NCBI GenBank assembly: GCA_020697635.1
Contig: JAEHCT010000001.1
Coordinates: 1-38,144 of the forward strand
Reading direction: 5' to 3'
Length of the DNA stretch: 38,144 bases
From: Candidatus Bathyarchaeota archaeon
GTDB taxonomy: Archaea > Thermoproteota > Bathyarchaeia > TCS64
A program made the position numbers and the translations under genes. Shown one piece after another: positions 17,997 to 26,401 of the stretch (its first letter is position 1; every line of letters begins with the position of its first letter). The notes beneath the pieces were generated by a model. That model worked only from the letters and a program-made list of their open reading frames with translations, searched no databases and had not been told where the DNA came from.

Positions 17997-19214
17997 ATGG
18001 ATTCCTCCACTGCGTTAGAAGAGCATGCCTCCAGCGGACGCAATACACTGGAGAGTAGGCTCGCCGCCCTCCACAGCCACGCCGTTGAGCTCAACACCGC
18101 GAAGACCCTACAAGACATCTATGAATGCACTATAAAGGCGATGGTGGAGACCTTCAAATATGAGAGGGTAGACCTCCTGAGGGTTCAGGGCGGGAAACTA
18201 GTGCAGGTAGCCAAGTACGGGGGAATCCCCGCCGGCGTGGAGCTGCCTCTCGACGGAAAAGGGGTGACGATCCGAGCCGTCAAAGAGAAGAGAACCATCC
18301 TCGTGAACGACATAAAGCAGAGCCAAGACTACGTCTTCGTGGTAAACCCCGAGACAGGCCAGCCATACTACGAGTACGTGTTATCCAAGGCCGAGCTCGC
18401 GTCCCCGATAATAATCGACGGCGAGGCTGTCGGGATCCTCAACATAGAGAGCACCGAGAAAGACTCGTTCACGGAGCTAGACAGGCAGCAGCTGGAGATA
18501 CTGGCCAACCACGTGGCCACGGCGATAGACCGAATAGCAAACCTCGAAGAGGCCCAGAGACTGAGCCGGGAGCAGAACAGGAAACTCATGGAGGGGTTCA
18601 GAAGAGTCTCCAGCATGGCTAGGCATGACCTCCGGGGACCGCTGAGCAACATCAGCATGGCGGCTCATATCCTGAGGCAGAACCCAGACGACGTTAACAT
18701 GTTTAGTATCATCGATAGCAACGTGAAGCATGCGGATAACATTCTGGACGACTGGAAGGCGCTCACGTTGAGGGGGGAGATCACGAGATTAAGAATAAAC
18801 GTGAGAGCCCTTGTGGAGGAGGTGCTCAGGAGCATGATTATCCCCGACAACGTCGAGACAGATGTCGATGTCCCGGATGACTTGGTTTACTTGCTTGACA
18901 TGAGAGGCATGTCGAGGGTGCTGACCAACCTGTTCATGAACTCCATGGACGCCATGCCCCAGGGAGGTAAACTAGGGATACGTGCAAACGATGACGACGG
19001 TGGGCTCGTCATCGAAGTATCGGACACCGGTGTGGGGGTACCGGATGAATACAGGGAGAAGATGTTCACACCCTTCTTCACGACGAAGGATACGGGCGTC
19101 GGACTCGGCCTCGCCTACGTCAAGGATAACGTCGAAGCCCACGGCGGCACCGTGAGGTACACGGCTACACCCGGCGAGGGAACCACCTTCACAATAAGGA
19201 TCCCGGGTGATTAG
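17997..19214 (+). CDS. GAF-domain sensor histidine kinase (cytoplasmic)
   Basis: The N-terminal half is GAF-like. H-box MARHDLRGPLSNI, N-box LTNLFMNSMDAM, G1 DTGVGVP and G2 GVGLGLAYV are all present. There are no TM segments. Confidence 0.85.
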   Translation: MDSSTALEEHASSGRNTLESRLAALHSHAVELNTAKTLQDIYECTIKAMVETFKYERVDLLRVQGGKLVQVAKYGGIPAGVELPLDGKGVTIRAVKEKRTILVNDIKQSQDYVFVVNPETGQPYYEYVLSKAELASPIIIDGEAVGILNIESTEKDSFTELDRQQLEILANHVATAIDRIANLEEAQRLSREQNRKLMEGFRRVSSMARHDLRGPLSNISMAAHILRQNPDDVNMFSIIDSNVKHADNILDDWKALTLRGEITRLRINVRALVEEVLRSMIIPDNVETDVDVPDDLVYLLDMRGMSRVLTNLFMNSMDAMPQGGKLGIRANDDDGGLVIEVSDTGVGVPDEYREKMFTPFFTTKDTGVGLGLAYVKDNVEAHGGTVRYTATPGEGTTFTIRIPGD

Positions 19215-19243
19215 CCTGGGGGGTGCCAACTCTCCCGCAGGCG

Positions 19244-19534
19244 TTAACCCAGTCTGTACGAGCCGTCGCTATACTCGAAGACCGTGATCTCGTCGCCAGG
19301 ATTAAGCAGCCTGTAGATGGGTTCACGTACCTTCACCTTTAAGCCCTCGGCTACGACGACGTAGTACAGAGTCATGAGGATGAAGACCCCAGCATAGGTC
19401 ACGGTCCTCTTCGTGGTCTTGTCCGCGATCCTTGTGCTGAAGGACCTTATCGGTTTAACTAACACCCGTTTCGCCACGAACACCACGAGGATCAGCAGGA
19501 TCGCCCCAGCGACCATAAAAGATGTGTTTATCAA
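19244..19534 (-). CDS. Small two-TM membrane protein, unknown function
   Basis: 96 aa with two hydrophobic helices, then a beta-rich tail. It is last in the three-gene minus-strand cluster. Confidence 0.5.
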   Translation of the reverse strand: MINTSFMVAGAILLILVVFVAKRVLVKPIRSFSTRIADKTTKRTVTYAGVFILMTLYYVVVAEGLKVKVREPIYRLLNPGDEITVFEYSDGSYRLG

Positions 19535-19546
19535 AGCTTCGCCCCT

Positions 19547-19759
19547 TTACCCTAGCTTGATCTCGTCTTCCTGGAAGAGGAAGACCGCCTCCACCGGCTC
19601 GCCGAAGGCCGTGGCGATCCGCACCGCCAGCAGCAGCGAGGGGTTGTACTCGCCGTTCTCGACGAAGCTGATGGTCTCACGCCTAACCCCTACGAGCTTG
19701 GATAGATCCGCTTGGGTGTAACCCATGCGGGCCCTGAGTTCCTTTATGCGGGTCCTCAT
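19547..19759 (-). CDS. XRE-family helix-turn-helix transcriptional regulator
   Basis: 70 aa. IKELRARMGYTQADLSKLVGVRRETISFVENGEYNPSLLLAVRIATAF is a classic HTH_3 pattern. Confidence 0.85.
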   Translation of the reverse strand: MRTRIKELRARMGYTQADLSKLVGVRRETISFVENGEYNPSLLLAVRIATAFGEPVEAVFLFQEDEIKLG

Positions 19760-20166
19760 CTCTTCACGCTCTTCGTCAATGTGACCCTCGCCACGAAGTA
19801 TACGGCCAGCTGAGCCATCAAGCCGAGTAGCAGCACGGGCGGCGACCCGATCTTGGGCCAGGGCATCCAGTTCTCTGCGGCGAACTCGTACCAGAGCAGC
19901 GCGAGCCAGACGTAGTTGCCCAGCATGAAGGCGGCCCTTCCGGCCTTGCCCTCTAGGAGCATCGTCCGCTCGTCGGTGACGGCGAACCCCTGGAGCCTAT
20001 CCTCCCTCTTCACCAGCATGCGGTCGACCATGAAGCCCCCTATGGCTATGATGACCGCGACGTTGGCTGCGCTGAGGAGCCCGAAAGTGCCTGTACCGAA
20101 GACCCAGAGGGCCGCGGCGGCTCCTGCCAGTGCCACTACGACGGTTGCTATTTGTGTTCTCTTCAT
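19756..20166 (-). CDS. Four-TM membrane protein (DUF2178-like partner of small XRE regulators)
   Basis: 136 aa with 4 hydrophobic helices. It overlaps the XRE gene start by 4 nt (ATGA). The DUF2178 assignment comes from memory of the conserved gene pair and is not verified. Confidence 0.55.
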   Translation of the reverse strand: MKRTQIATVVVALAGAAAALWVFGTGTFGLLSAANVAVIIAIGGFMVDRMLVKREDRLQGFAVTDERTMLLEGKAGRAAFMLGNYVWLALLWYEFAAENWMPWPKIGSPPVLLLGLMAQLAVYFVARVTLTKSVKR

Positions 20167-20200
20167 TCTCGTTTCCTCCTGTTTGGTTTACCATACTTTA

Positions 20201-20219
20201 TGTGTGTTTTATCACACAC
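20201..20219. promoter_or_regulatory. Inverted repeat TGTGTG-N6-CACACA upstream of the XRE operon (candidate operator)
   Basis: TGTGTGTTTTATCACACAC lies 35-53 nt upstream of the start codon at 20166, next to the AT-rich TACTTTA. Confidence 0.3.
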
Positions 20220-20374
20220 GTTGTTATGTTAACCTAACACCCCGTATTTAAAGGCTCCGCATAGTCAACCCTTAAACCACAAGAAACGTCCATAGTAACA
20301 TGGGTAAGCACGTCCACGTCTGCACCGTGGACCACCCACGCACAGTCACCTATGCAACACGGGAGCAGTAGAAG

Positions 20375-21001
20375 ATGCTACAAGAGATCATAAGTAAAGT
20401 CACGGAACACCTGATAGCCCTCGATGAGGCTAAAGACAGGGGCTACCCTAAGGCCCGGAAGGCGAGGATCCTCAGCAAGCAGTCGATCCTCAGGCTACAT
20501 AAAGGTGAACCAGAAAAAGCCCAGCGACTCATCTCCGAGGCGGCGAGCCTGCTCAACGAGGTTCGGGGAGTTGGAGACGCGTTCCCCGGCATCCAGAGCA
20601 GCGAAACAGTGGTGGCGGCGCTGCAGGAATACGCGGAGGCAGCTATACTCCACTCTCTAATCACCGAGAAAAAGTATCCATCCCCAGAGGAACTGGGGGT
20701 TGAGGCGACCGACTACGTGCTGGGACTCGCGGATGTCCCAGGCGAGCTCAGGCGACAAGCACTGGACAGCCTCAGAGAAGGCGACCTAGAGGCTGCTGAG
20801 GGCATCCTCGAGACCATGGAGGAGATATATCTCTGCCTGGTCGAGGCCGAGGAGGCGAGCATGATGCTCAAGGGGATGCGCCGGAAGCTGGACATCGCCC
20901 GCGGCGTCATCGAACGCACGAGGGCCGAGGTCACGGCGGAGATCGGGAGGCGTCGCCTCTCCCGGGAGTTAGGGTCGTTCAGGAAACGACGGGAGGCCTA
21001 G
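20375..21001 (+). CDS. Translin-family protein (archaeal translin-like, COG2178-type)
   Basis: 208 aa and all-helical. Pattern recalled for archaeal translin homologues: ...QEYAEAAILHSLI..., DYVLGLADVPGELRR, KLDIARGVIERTRAEV. Confidence 0.6.
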   Translation: MLQEIISKVTEHLIALDEAKDRGYPKARKARILSKQSILRLHKGEPEKAQRLISEAASLLNEVRGVGDAFPGIQSSETVVAALQEYAEAAILHSLITEKKYPSPEELGVEATDYVLGLADVPGELRRQALDSLREGDLEAAEGILETMEEIYLCLVEAEEASMMLKGMRRKLDIARGVIERTRAEVTAEIGRRRLSRELGSFRKRREA

Positions 21002-21142
21002 CCTGCGCTCCGCCTCGGCGAGCAGGTTGTAGGCGTCGAAGAAGTGCCTCGGGCCTCTCGAAACGGTCTCGACGAGGGCTTCGCGGTCCTTCTCCGTGTC
21101 GATGACACTAGATCTCCGCGCCCAGGTATCCAGCCAACAGAT
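20969..21142 (-). pseudogene. Coding-like frame without a start codon (possible gene remnant)
   Basis: The minus-strand frame reads ...VIDTEKDREALVETVSRGPRHFFDAYNLLAEAERRLGLPSFPERP*. Its GC3 bias matches the real genes. There is no ATG/GTG/TTG between the upstream in-frame TGA (21145-21143) and the stop. Confidence 0.2.
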
Positions 21143-21231
21143 TCACTCGTGATGTGACACGCTGCCCATCCGTTCATCTAAACGTGAGTGACGTCTTGTG
21201 ACTGCCACGCAACAATATGATGTGGGAGCCT

Positions 21232-21528
21232 CTACTTGTGCCGCTTTATCCTGTTGGTCTTACGCTCCGCGGCGCGGTACGCGAACTTCCGGGAGGTGCT
21301 TATCTGGCTCCTGTGGTAACGGTATCGTCGGCCCTCTTGGTCGCTGAGGGCGTCGTAGAACTCGGGGTACGTGATCTCCTCGCTGAAAAGCTTGGTGATG
21401 ACGTCGTTAAGCGACTCTCTGTCCTCGGGCGCGGCCTCGTCGAAAGCCTTCTCATAAGCCTGGTAAGCCACGTTGAACTTGAAGTCGTTGCTATCGAAAC
21501 TCAGCTTCTTAGTCTCTTCGCTGCTCAT
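21232..21528 (-). CDS. Hypothetical protein (acidic N-terminal half, strongly basic C-terminal tail)
   Basis: The ORF is listed as 21232-21564. ATG at 21528 (MSSEETKKLSF...) is the likelier start. A TATA-like TTTATAG/CTATAAA lies about 40 nt upstream, at 21568-21576. I recognise no family. Confidence 0.5.
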   Translation of the reverse strand: MSSEETKKLSFDSNDFKFNVAYQAYEKAFDEAAPEDRESLNDVITKLFSEEITYPEFYDALSDQEGRRYRYHRSQISTSRKFAYRAAERKTNRIKRHK

Positions 21529-21682
21529 ACGTCTACAGTCCGGTGAGACAAGTATAGCACACACCAGATTTATAGGTTCCCTGTCACGTCCACGGTTGAA
21601 AGGTTTTAAAAAGATTCTCGACGGTGTATTGAAGCGGATATTCGGAGCCTCTCAAGGCTTAGAGTATACTAGCTGAGTAGGA

Positions 21683-21856
21683 GTGAAAGAGTTGAGTGAT
21701 CGAAGACGCTTCGACAGAGGCCCACGCGAGATGCATAAGGCGATCTGCAGCGACTGCGGACAGGAGTGCGAAGTCCCGTTCAAGCCCACCGAGGGCAGGC
21801 CGGTCTACTGCCAGGAGTGCTACCAGAAGCATAGGCCACCGCGCCGCAGGTATTAA
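21683..21856 (+). CDS. Small CxxC-x17-CxxC zinc-ribbon protein (not in the ORF track)
   Basis: Hand translation gives (GTG)KELSDRRRFDRGPREMHKAICSDCGQECEVPFKPTEGRPVYCQECYQKHRPPRRRY*. There are exactly 17 residues between the two CxxC pairs. GGAG lies immediately upstream of the GTG. Alternative starts are TTG 21692 and ATG 21731. Confidence 0.7.
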   Translation: MKELSDRRRFDRGPREMHKAICSDCGQECEVPFKPTEGRPVYCQECYQKHRPPRRRY

Positions 21857-22008
21857 ACCCGTGAGCAGCCCCGCGGTTAATAACATATTTTATATTTCAC
21901 CCGTTCTATGGATTCATCGCTAGACAGGAAGAATGAGACTATTGTGTATCTTAGTATAGGACCGTTCTCACACTCGGCAGGTCTAGCGGACATTATGGAG
22001 GAACAGCC

Positions 22009-23451
22009 ATGGTAGAGCACCATATCCAGATCTACGATACCATGACCCGGCGGAAACGCCGATTCAAGCCACTTAACCCACCCACAGTCACAATGTACGT
22101 CTGTGGCCCCACCGTCTACGGTGACCCCCACATAGGTAACCTCAGGACCTTCACCCTCGGCGACCTCATAAGGCGGTGGCTGGAGCACAGGGGCTACCTG
22201 GTCAAGTACGTCATGAACATCACGGACATCGAGGACAAGACCATCAGGGACAGCGGCAATGCCGGTAAGACCCTCAAAGAGTTCACCGACTACTACACAG
22301 GCGTCTTCTTCCGGGGCCTGGACCTGCTGAGCGTCAAACGGGCGACCGCCCATCCGCGGGCCACGGTGTACGTGCCCCAGATGATAGAGTTCATACAGAC
22401 GTTGATGGAGATGGGGGTAGCCTACAACGCCGAGGACGGCGTCTACTTCGACATCGACAAGTTCCCCCGGTACGGCGAGCTCAGCGGCGTCGACATCGGC
22501 AAGGTTGAGCGCACCGAGCGCGTGGCCTCCGACGAGTACGACAAGGAGGACGCCCAGGACTTCAGCCTCTGGAAGAAGGCGACGCCGGAGGAGATTGAAC
22601 GAGGCATCTACTTCGAGTCTCCGTGGGGCAGGGGCCGCCCCGGCTGGCACATAGAGTGCAGCGTCATGAGCAAGGAGCTCCTCGGCGACACCGTGGACAT
22701 CCATGCGGGCGGCGAGGACCTGGCGTTCCCCCACCACGAGAACGAGGTGGCCCAGAGCGAGACCGTCACCGGTAAAAAGTTCGTCAGGTTCTGGCTCCAC
22801 ATGAGGCACCTCATGATCGACGGAGGCAAGATGAGCAAGAGCCTCGGCAACTACGTGAGCTTCGACGACATACTCGACAAGCATACGCCAGACGCGCTGC
22901 GATACCTCTATATAGCCACCCACTACAGGCGGCCGCTGAACTTCACGTGGGGCAACATGGAGAACGCCCAGAACACGTTGAACCGCCTCGAGAACACGCT
23001 GGACCTCATCGAGAACACCATGAAAGGCCCAGACGACAACATGGACTACGGAGAACGAGAGAAAAAGCTCCTAGAGACGGTAAGGGCTGAGAAGAGGGGC
23101 TTCGTCGAGGACATGGACGACGACTTCGACGCGCCCGACGCGTTAGGCCACCTCCATGCCATAAACGGAGCCGTCAACGAGTACCTCACGGAGCCAGCAA
23201 ACAAAGGCGTGCTCAGGGAGGCCGCCGACATCTACGGGGAGCTCCTGGGTGTACTAGGGCTCTTCGAGAAGCGCAGTGCAGGCGGCGACGAGGCCACGGA
23301 GCGGCTCATCGCCATGATCACCGACCTGCGGGAGGAGCAGAGGAAGGAGAAGAACTACGCCTTCGCCGACCTCATCAGGGACAGGCTGGCCGAGGCCGGC
23401 GTCGAGATACAGGATACAGCCGACGGCACCACCTGGAAGCTGAAGAGCTAA
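22009..23451 (+). CDS. cysS: Cysteine--tRNA ligase
   Basis: 480 aa. Class I motifs HIGN (CGPTVYGDPHIGNLRTF) and KMSKS (GGKMSKSLGN) are present, plus the WHIECS zinc-binding region typical of CysRS. Confidence 0.95.
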   Translation: MVEHHIQIYDTMTRRKRRFKPLNPPTVTMYVCGPTVYGDPHIGNLRTFTLGDLIRRWLEHRGYLVKYVMNITDIEDKTIRDSGNAGKTLKEFTDYYTGVFFRGLDLLSVKRATAHPRATVYVPQMIEFIQTLMEMGVAYNAEDGVYFDIDKFPRYGELSGVDIGKVERTERVASDEYDKEDAQDFSLWKKATPEEIERGIYFESPWGRGRPGWHIECSVMSKELLGDTVDIHAGGEDLAFPHHENEVAQSETVTGKKFVRFWLHMRHLMIDGGKMSKSLGNYVSFDDILDKHTPDALRYLYIATHYRRPLNFTWGNMENAQNTLNRLENTLDLIENTMKGPDDNMDYGEREKKLLETVRAEKRGFVEDMDDDFDAPDALGHLHAINGAVNEYLTEPANKGVLREAADIYGELLGVLGLFEKRSAGGDEATERLIAMITDLREEQRKEKNYAFADLIRDRLAEAGVEIQDTADGTTWKLKS

Positions 23452-23579
23452 CTACCCCTTTTTCTGATCGTCTCAAGTCTTCACTTCTCGACGCTCTACT
23501 GAAACCCCTCATACACGTCCCATGTGTTCATCGCAGCCCGGTTCGAAGACTTTTATCCTCACAAACGGCTGTCAAAAGT

Positions 23580-25043
23580 ATGACGCGTTTAACCAAGGAG
23601 AAACAATCAACCTTGGACTGGCTCGAGGAGAACTCCGCCGAGATGTACGGGATGAGCGACACCATCTTCAAGTGGGCGGAGCCGGGCCTCAGGGAGTACA
23701 GGAGCAGCAGGCTCCTCGCCGAGTACATGGAGGGGAACGGCTTCACGGTGGAAACGGGCGTCGCCGACATGCCCACGGCTTTCACGTGCACTTGGGGCGA
23801 CGGGGGCCCCGTAATAGGGTTCTTCGCCGAGTACGACGCAACGCCGGGGCACAGCCAGAGGCCGGTGCCCTACATGGAGCCCGACGTGCCCCACGGCCCC
23901 GGGTTCACTGACGCCCACAACATGCTTGGGGTGGCGGGCTGCTTCGCCGCCGTGGCGCTCCGTGACGCCTCCTTGGAGCACGGGCTCCCTGTACGCATCA
24001 GGCTCCTGGGGACGCCAGCGGAGAAGCTCTGCGTCGGGAAGCCATACATGGCGAGGGACGGGTTCTTCGACGGCATGGACGCACTGCTGGCGTGGCACCC
24101 CGGCGGCCCGACCACTGTGCTCGGGGAGGTGTGGCCCCGGACCTATAAGAGCATGGTCTTCACCTTCAAGGTGGACGCCGCCGCGGAAGGCCAGAGTGGC
24201 GCCGTCACGTACCCAGGCGCCCTAGACGCCGCTGTCCTGATGTATAACAACGTGAACATGATGAAGGAGCACATGCCCGCGCTGATGAGACGCGGCGGCA
24301 GCATCAACGAGTTCATCATGACCGGTGGCCAATGCACCGTCGCCAACCCGGTGCTCAGCCAGATCGTTTACGCGTGGAGGAACAGCAGCCTCGCGGATCA
24401 GGAGGCAGTGGGTAGTGTCGTGGAGCGGTGCGCCCGAGGAGCCGCATTGGTGGCTGACTGTCTGATGGAGCCCAGGGTCATCACCGCCGTCCGCACCGGG
24501 CTGCCCAACACCGTGATGAAGGACGTGGTGTGGAGGCACCTCAACGAGGTGGGTCCGCCGGCGTACACCGAGGAGGACAAGGAGTTCGCCCGCGCCATAC
24601 AGTGCACCATGGGCGTGAATCCCATGGAGGAGCCGCTGTACACCGAGGTAGTGCCGCCGGAGAAGGCGTACGGGGACTTCCACCCGGCCGATGACGTCAA
24701 CGAGTTCACGTGGCACTGCCCCACGGCGCGCCTCTACGTCAGCAAGGCCCTGGCCCCCGCCCCCGGCGTCAGGTACCCGCGCTGGGCGAGCAGCGCCCTC
24801 TGCGGAGTCGGCGTCACCCACAGGATGGGAGTGTGCGCCGCCCAGGTGCTCAGCTTGAGCGCCGTGGAGCTCCTCCTGAAGCCTACGCTGCTGAAGGAGG
24901 CGAAGACGGAGTTTCGGGAGAGGAAGAGGAGACACGACGAGAAGCCGCTGCTTCCCATGGGACTAAAGCCGCCAACGGAGCTGCGTTGGCCAGAGTGGGT
25001 GAGCAGGCCCGGCGAGGAATGGTGGATACCACCGACGCGGTGA
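23580..25043 (+). CDS. M20-family amidohydrolase (AbgB / aminobenzoyl-glutamate-utilisation-B-like)
   Basis: 487 aa. The N-terminal pattern L..N..E...MSD.IF.WAEPGLREYRSSRLLAEYME.NGF.V is characteristic of M20D AbgB-like enzymes, and so is GFFAEYDA.PGHSQ. Confidence 0.7.
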   Translation: MTRLTKEKQSTLDWLEENSAEMYGMSDTIFKWAEPGLREYRSSRLLAEYMEGNGFTVETGVADMPTAFTCTWGDGGPVIGFFAEYDATPGHSQRPVPYMEPDVPHGPGFTDAHNMLGVAGCFAAVALRDASLEHGLPVRIRLLGTPAEKLCVGKPYMARDGFFDGMDALLAWHPGGPTTVLGEVWPRTYKSMVFTFKVDAAAEGQSGAVTYPGALDAAVLMYNNVNMMKEHMPALMRRGGSINEFIMTGGQCTVANPVLSQIVYAWRNSSLADQEAVGSVVERCARGAALVADCLMEPRVITAVRTGLPNTVMKDVVWRHLNEVGPPAYTEEDKEFARAIQCTMGVNPMEEPLYTEVVPPEKAYGDFHPADDVNEFTWHCPTARLYVSKALAPAPGVRYPRWASSALCGVGVTHRMGVCAAQVLSLSAVELLLKPTLLKEAKTEFRERKRRHDEKPLLPMGLKPPTELRWPEWVSRPGEEWWIPPTR

Positions 25044-25180
25044 GCCACGGCGTCGAGCCTCTTCCCGCTTTATGCATCTGAGTCGCCGGGAAAGAACGAT
25101 ACCCTATATAACACATTCGGGGATTCGTCGCAAATACTTTAAGGAAAAAAGTGAACCTTCATTCACCGAAAGGTGTTAAA

Positions 25181-26356
25181 ATGTCAAGGGATACTGAGAA
25201 AATATATATTGGCGCAATGGCTGTCATCGTTGTCACATATCTAATATGGCTGGGGCTGGCTGTTAGCGGCGGCATGAGACCCGCTGCGCCAACAGGCGAC
25301 ACTGTCACAAAAGCCGAGTACGATGCACTTCGTGATCAACTGTCTCAGGTGGAGGCACAGCTATCACAGGTCCAAGCTGAGCTAGACGAGGCGCAGGCAC
25401 AGATAACGTTGCTGAGCAAGCCTCCGAAAGTTGGACTCGTCTTAGCGACCGGCGGCCTTGGCGACAAATCGTTCAACGACATCAGCTTCGCAGGCTGCGT
25501 CAGAGCTCAAGAGGAGCTTGGCGTGGAGTTCGACTATGTTGAGCCCACCGCCATCGCCGAGTACGAGGGTTACCATAGAGACTTTGCCATGAGCGGCGAG
25601 TACATGCTCATCATATGCATCGGGTTCGACCAAGCCGACGCCTTGGCGACGGTCGCGACGGAGTACCCCGACCAGAACTTCGCCATCGTAGACATGGTGG
25701 TTGACGCCCCCAACGTGGCGAGCCTGACTTTCGCCGCCAACGAGGGCAGCTTCCTCCTAGGCGTCGTGGCGGGCCTGACCACCGAGACGGGGAAGGTTGG
25801 ATTCGTCGGAGGCATGGACATCCCCCTCATCAGAGACTTCTTCGAAGGATATGAGGCCGGCGCGCTCTGGGCAAACCCGGAGATGGAGGTGCTTGAGCCC
25901 GTGTTCGTCGGCGACTGGGGCGACCTAACCAAAGGCAAGGAGCTAGCGACGAGCCTAATCGAGGCCGGCGCAGACGGCATCTTCGCTGCGGCTGGCGGCA
26001 GCGGGCTAGGAGCCCTAGGGGCTTGCGACGAGCTGGACGTCACAGGGTACGGCGTCGACGCGTGTCAGTGCTACCTCAACGACAACATGCTGGCATCAAT
26101 GACTAAACGCGTGGACAACGCGGTTTACAAGATGATCCTCGATGCGCGGGTTGACGTGTTCCAACCCGGCTTCTACGGCGGCGGTCTAGCCGACGGATGG
26201 GTAGGCATGTGCCGTCTATCCGACGAGGAGGCGCTCTGGGAGGAGACGTTCGACTTCGTGCACCCCGAGATAACGGAGGACATCTTGAACAAGGTCATCG
26301 AGGCCAAGAACAAGATCATCGGCGGAGACATCACGGTACCGACAGGATACGACTAA
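25181..26356 (+). CDS. BMP-family (PnrA-like) ABC transporter substrate-binding protein, membrane-anchored with a coiled-coil linker
   Basis: ATG at 25181 is preceded by AGGTG (25171-25175). The track start at 25151 is an upstream GTG. The protein has a TM anchor, a heptad-like segment AEYDALRDQLSQVEAQLSQVQAELDEAQAQITLL, then the BMP hallmark GGLGDKSFND. Confidence 0.8.
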   Translation: MSRDTEKIYIGAMAVIVVTYLIWLGLAVSGGMRPAAPTGDTVTKAEYDALRDQLSQVEAQLSQVQAELDEAQAQITLLSKPPKVGLVLATGGLGDKSFNDISFAGCVRAQEELGVEFDYVEPTAIAEYEGYHRDFAMSGEYMLIICIGFDQADALATVATEYPDQNFAIVDMVVDAPNVASLTFAANEGSFLLGVVAGLTTETGKVGFVGGMDIPLIRDFFEGYEAGALWANPEMEVLEPVFVGDWGDLTKGKELATSLIEAGADGIFAAAGGSGLGALGACDELDVTGYGVDACQCYLNDNMLASMTKRVDNAVYKMILDARVDVFQPGFYGGGLADGWVGMCRLSDEEALWEETFDFVHPEITEDILNKVIEAKNKIIGGDITVPTGYD

Positions 26357-26401
26357 GGAAAACACTTTAACCTCTACTCTCTCACCTTTTTTCAGTTTCA
26401 A

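Noticed and set aside
21598-21613. A possible independent regulatory RNA in the 118-bp spacer at 21565-21682.
   Set aside because: The spacer is adequately explained by two back-to-back TATA-like elements. TTTATAG at about 21569 serves the minus-strand gene, and GGTTTTAAAAAG serves the zinc-ribbon gene. No stable hairpin is evident.
23540-23547. GGTTCGAA, a tRNA T-loop-like string, in the cysS-M20 spacer.
   Set aside because: The flanking bases cannot form a T-stem (CCCGG is not followed by CCGGG). No acceptor or anticodon arms can be drawn. The spacer is better explained as a T-tract terminator plus promoter.
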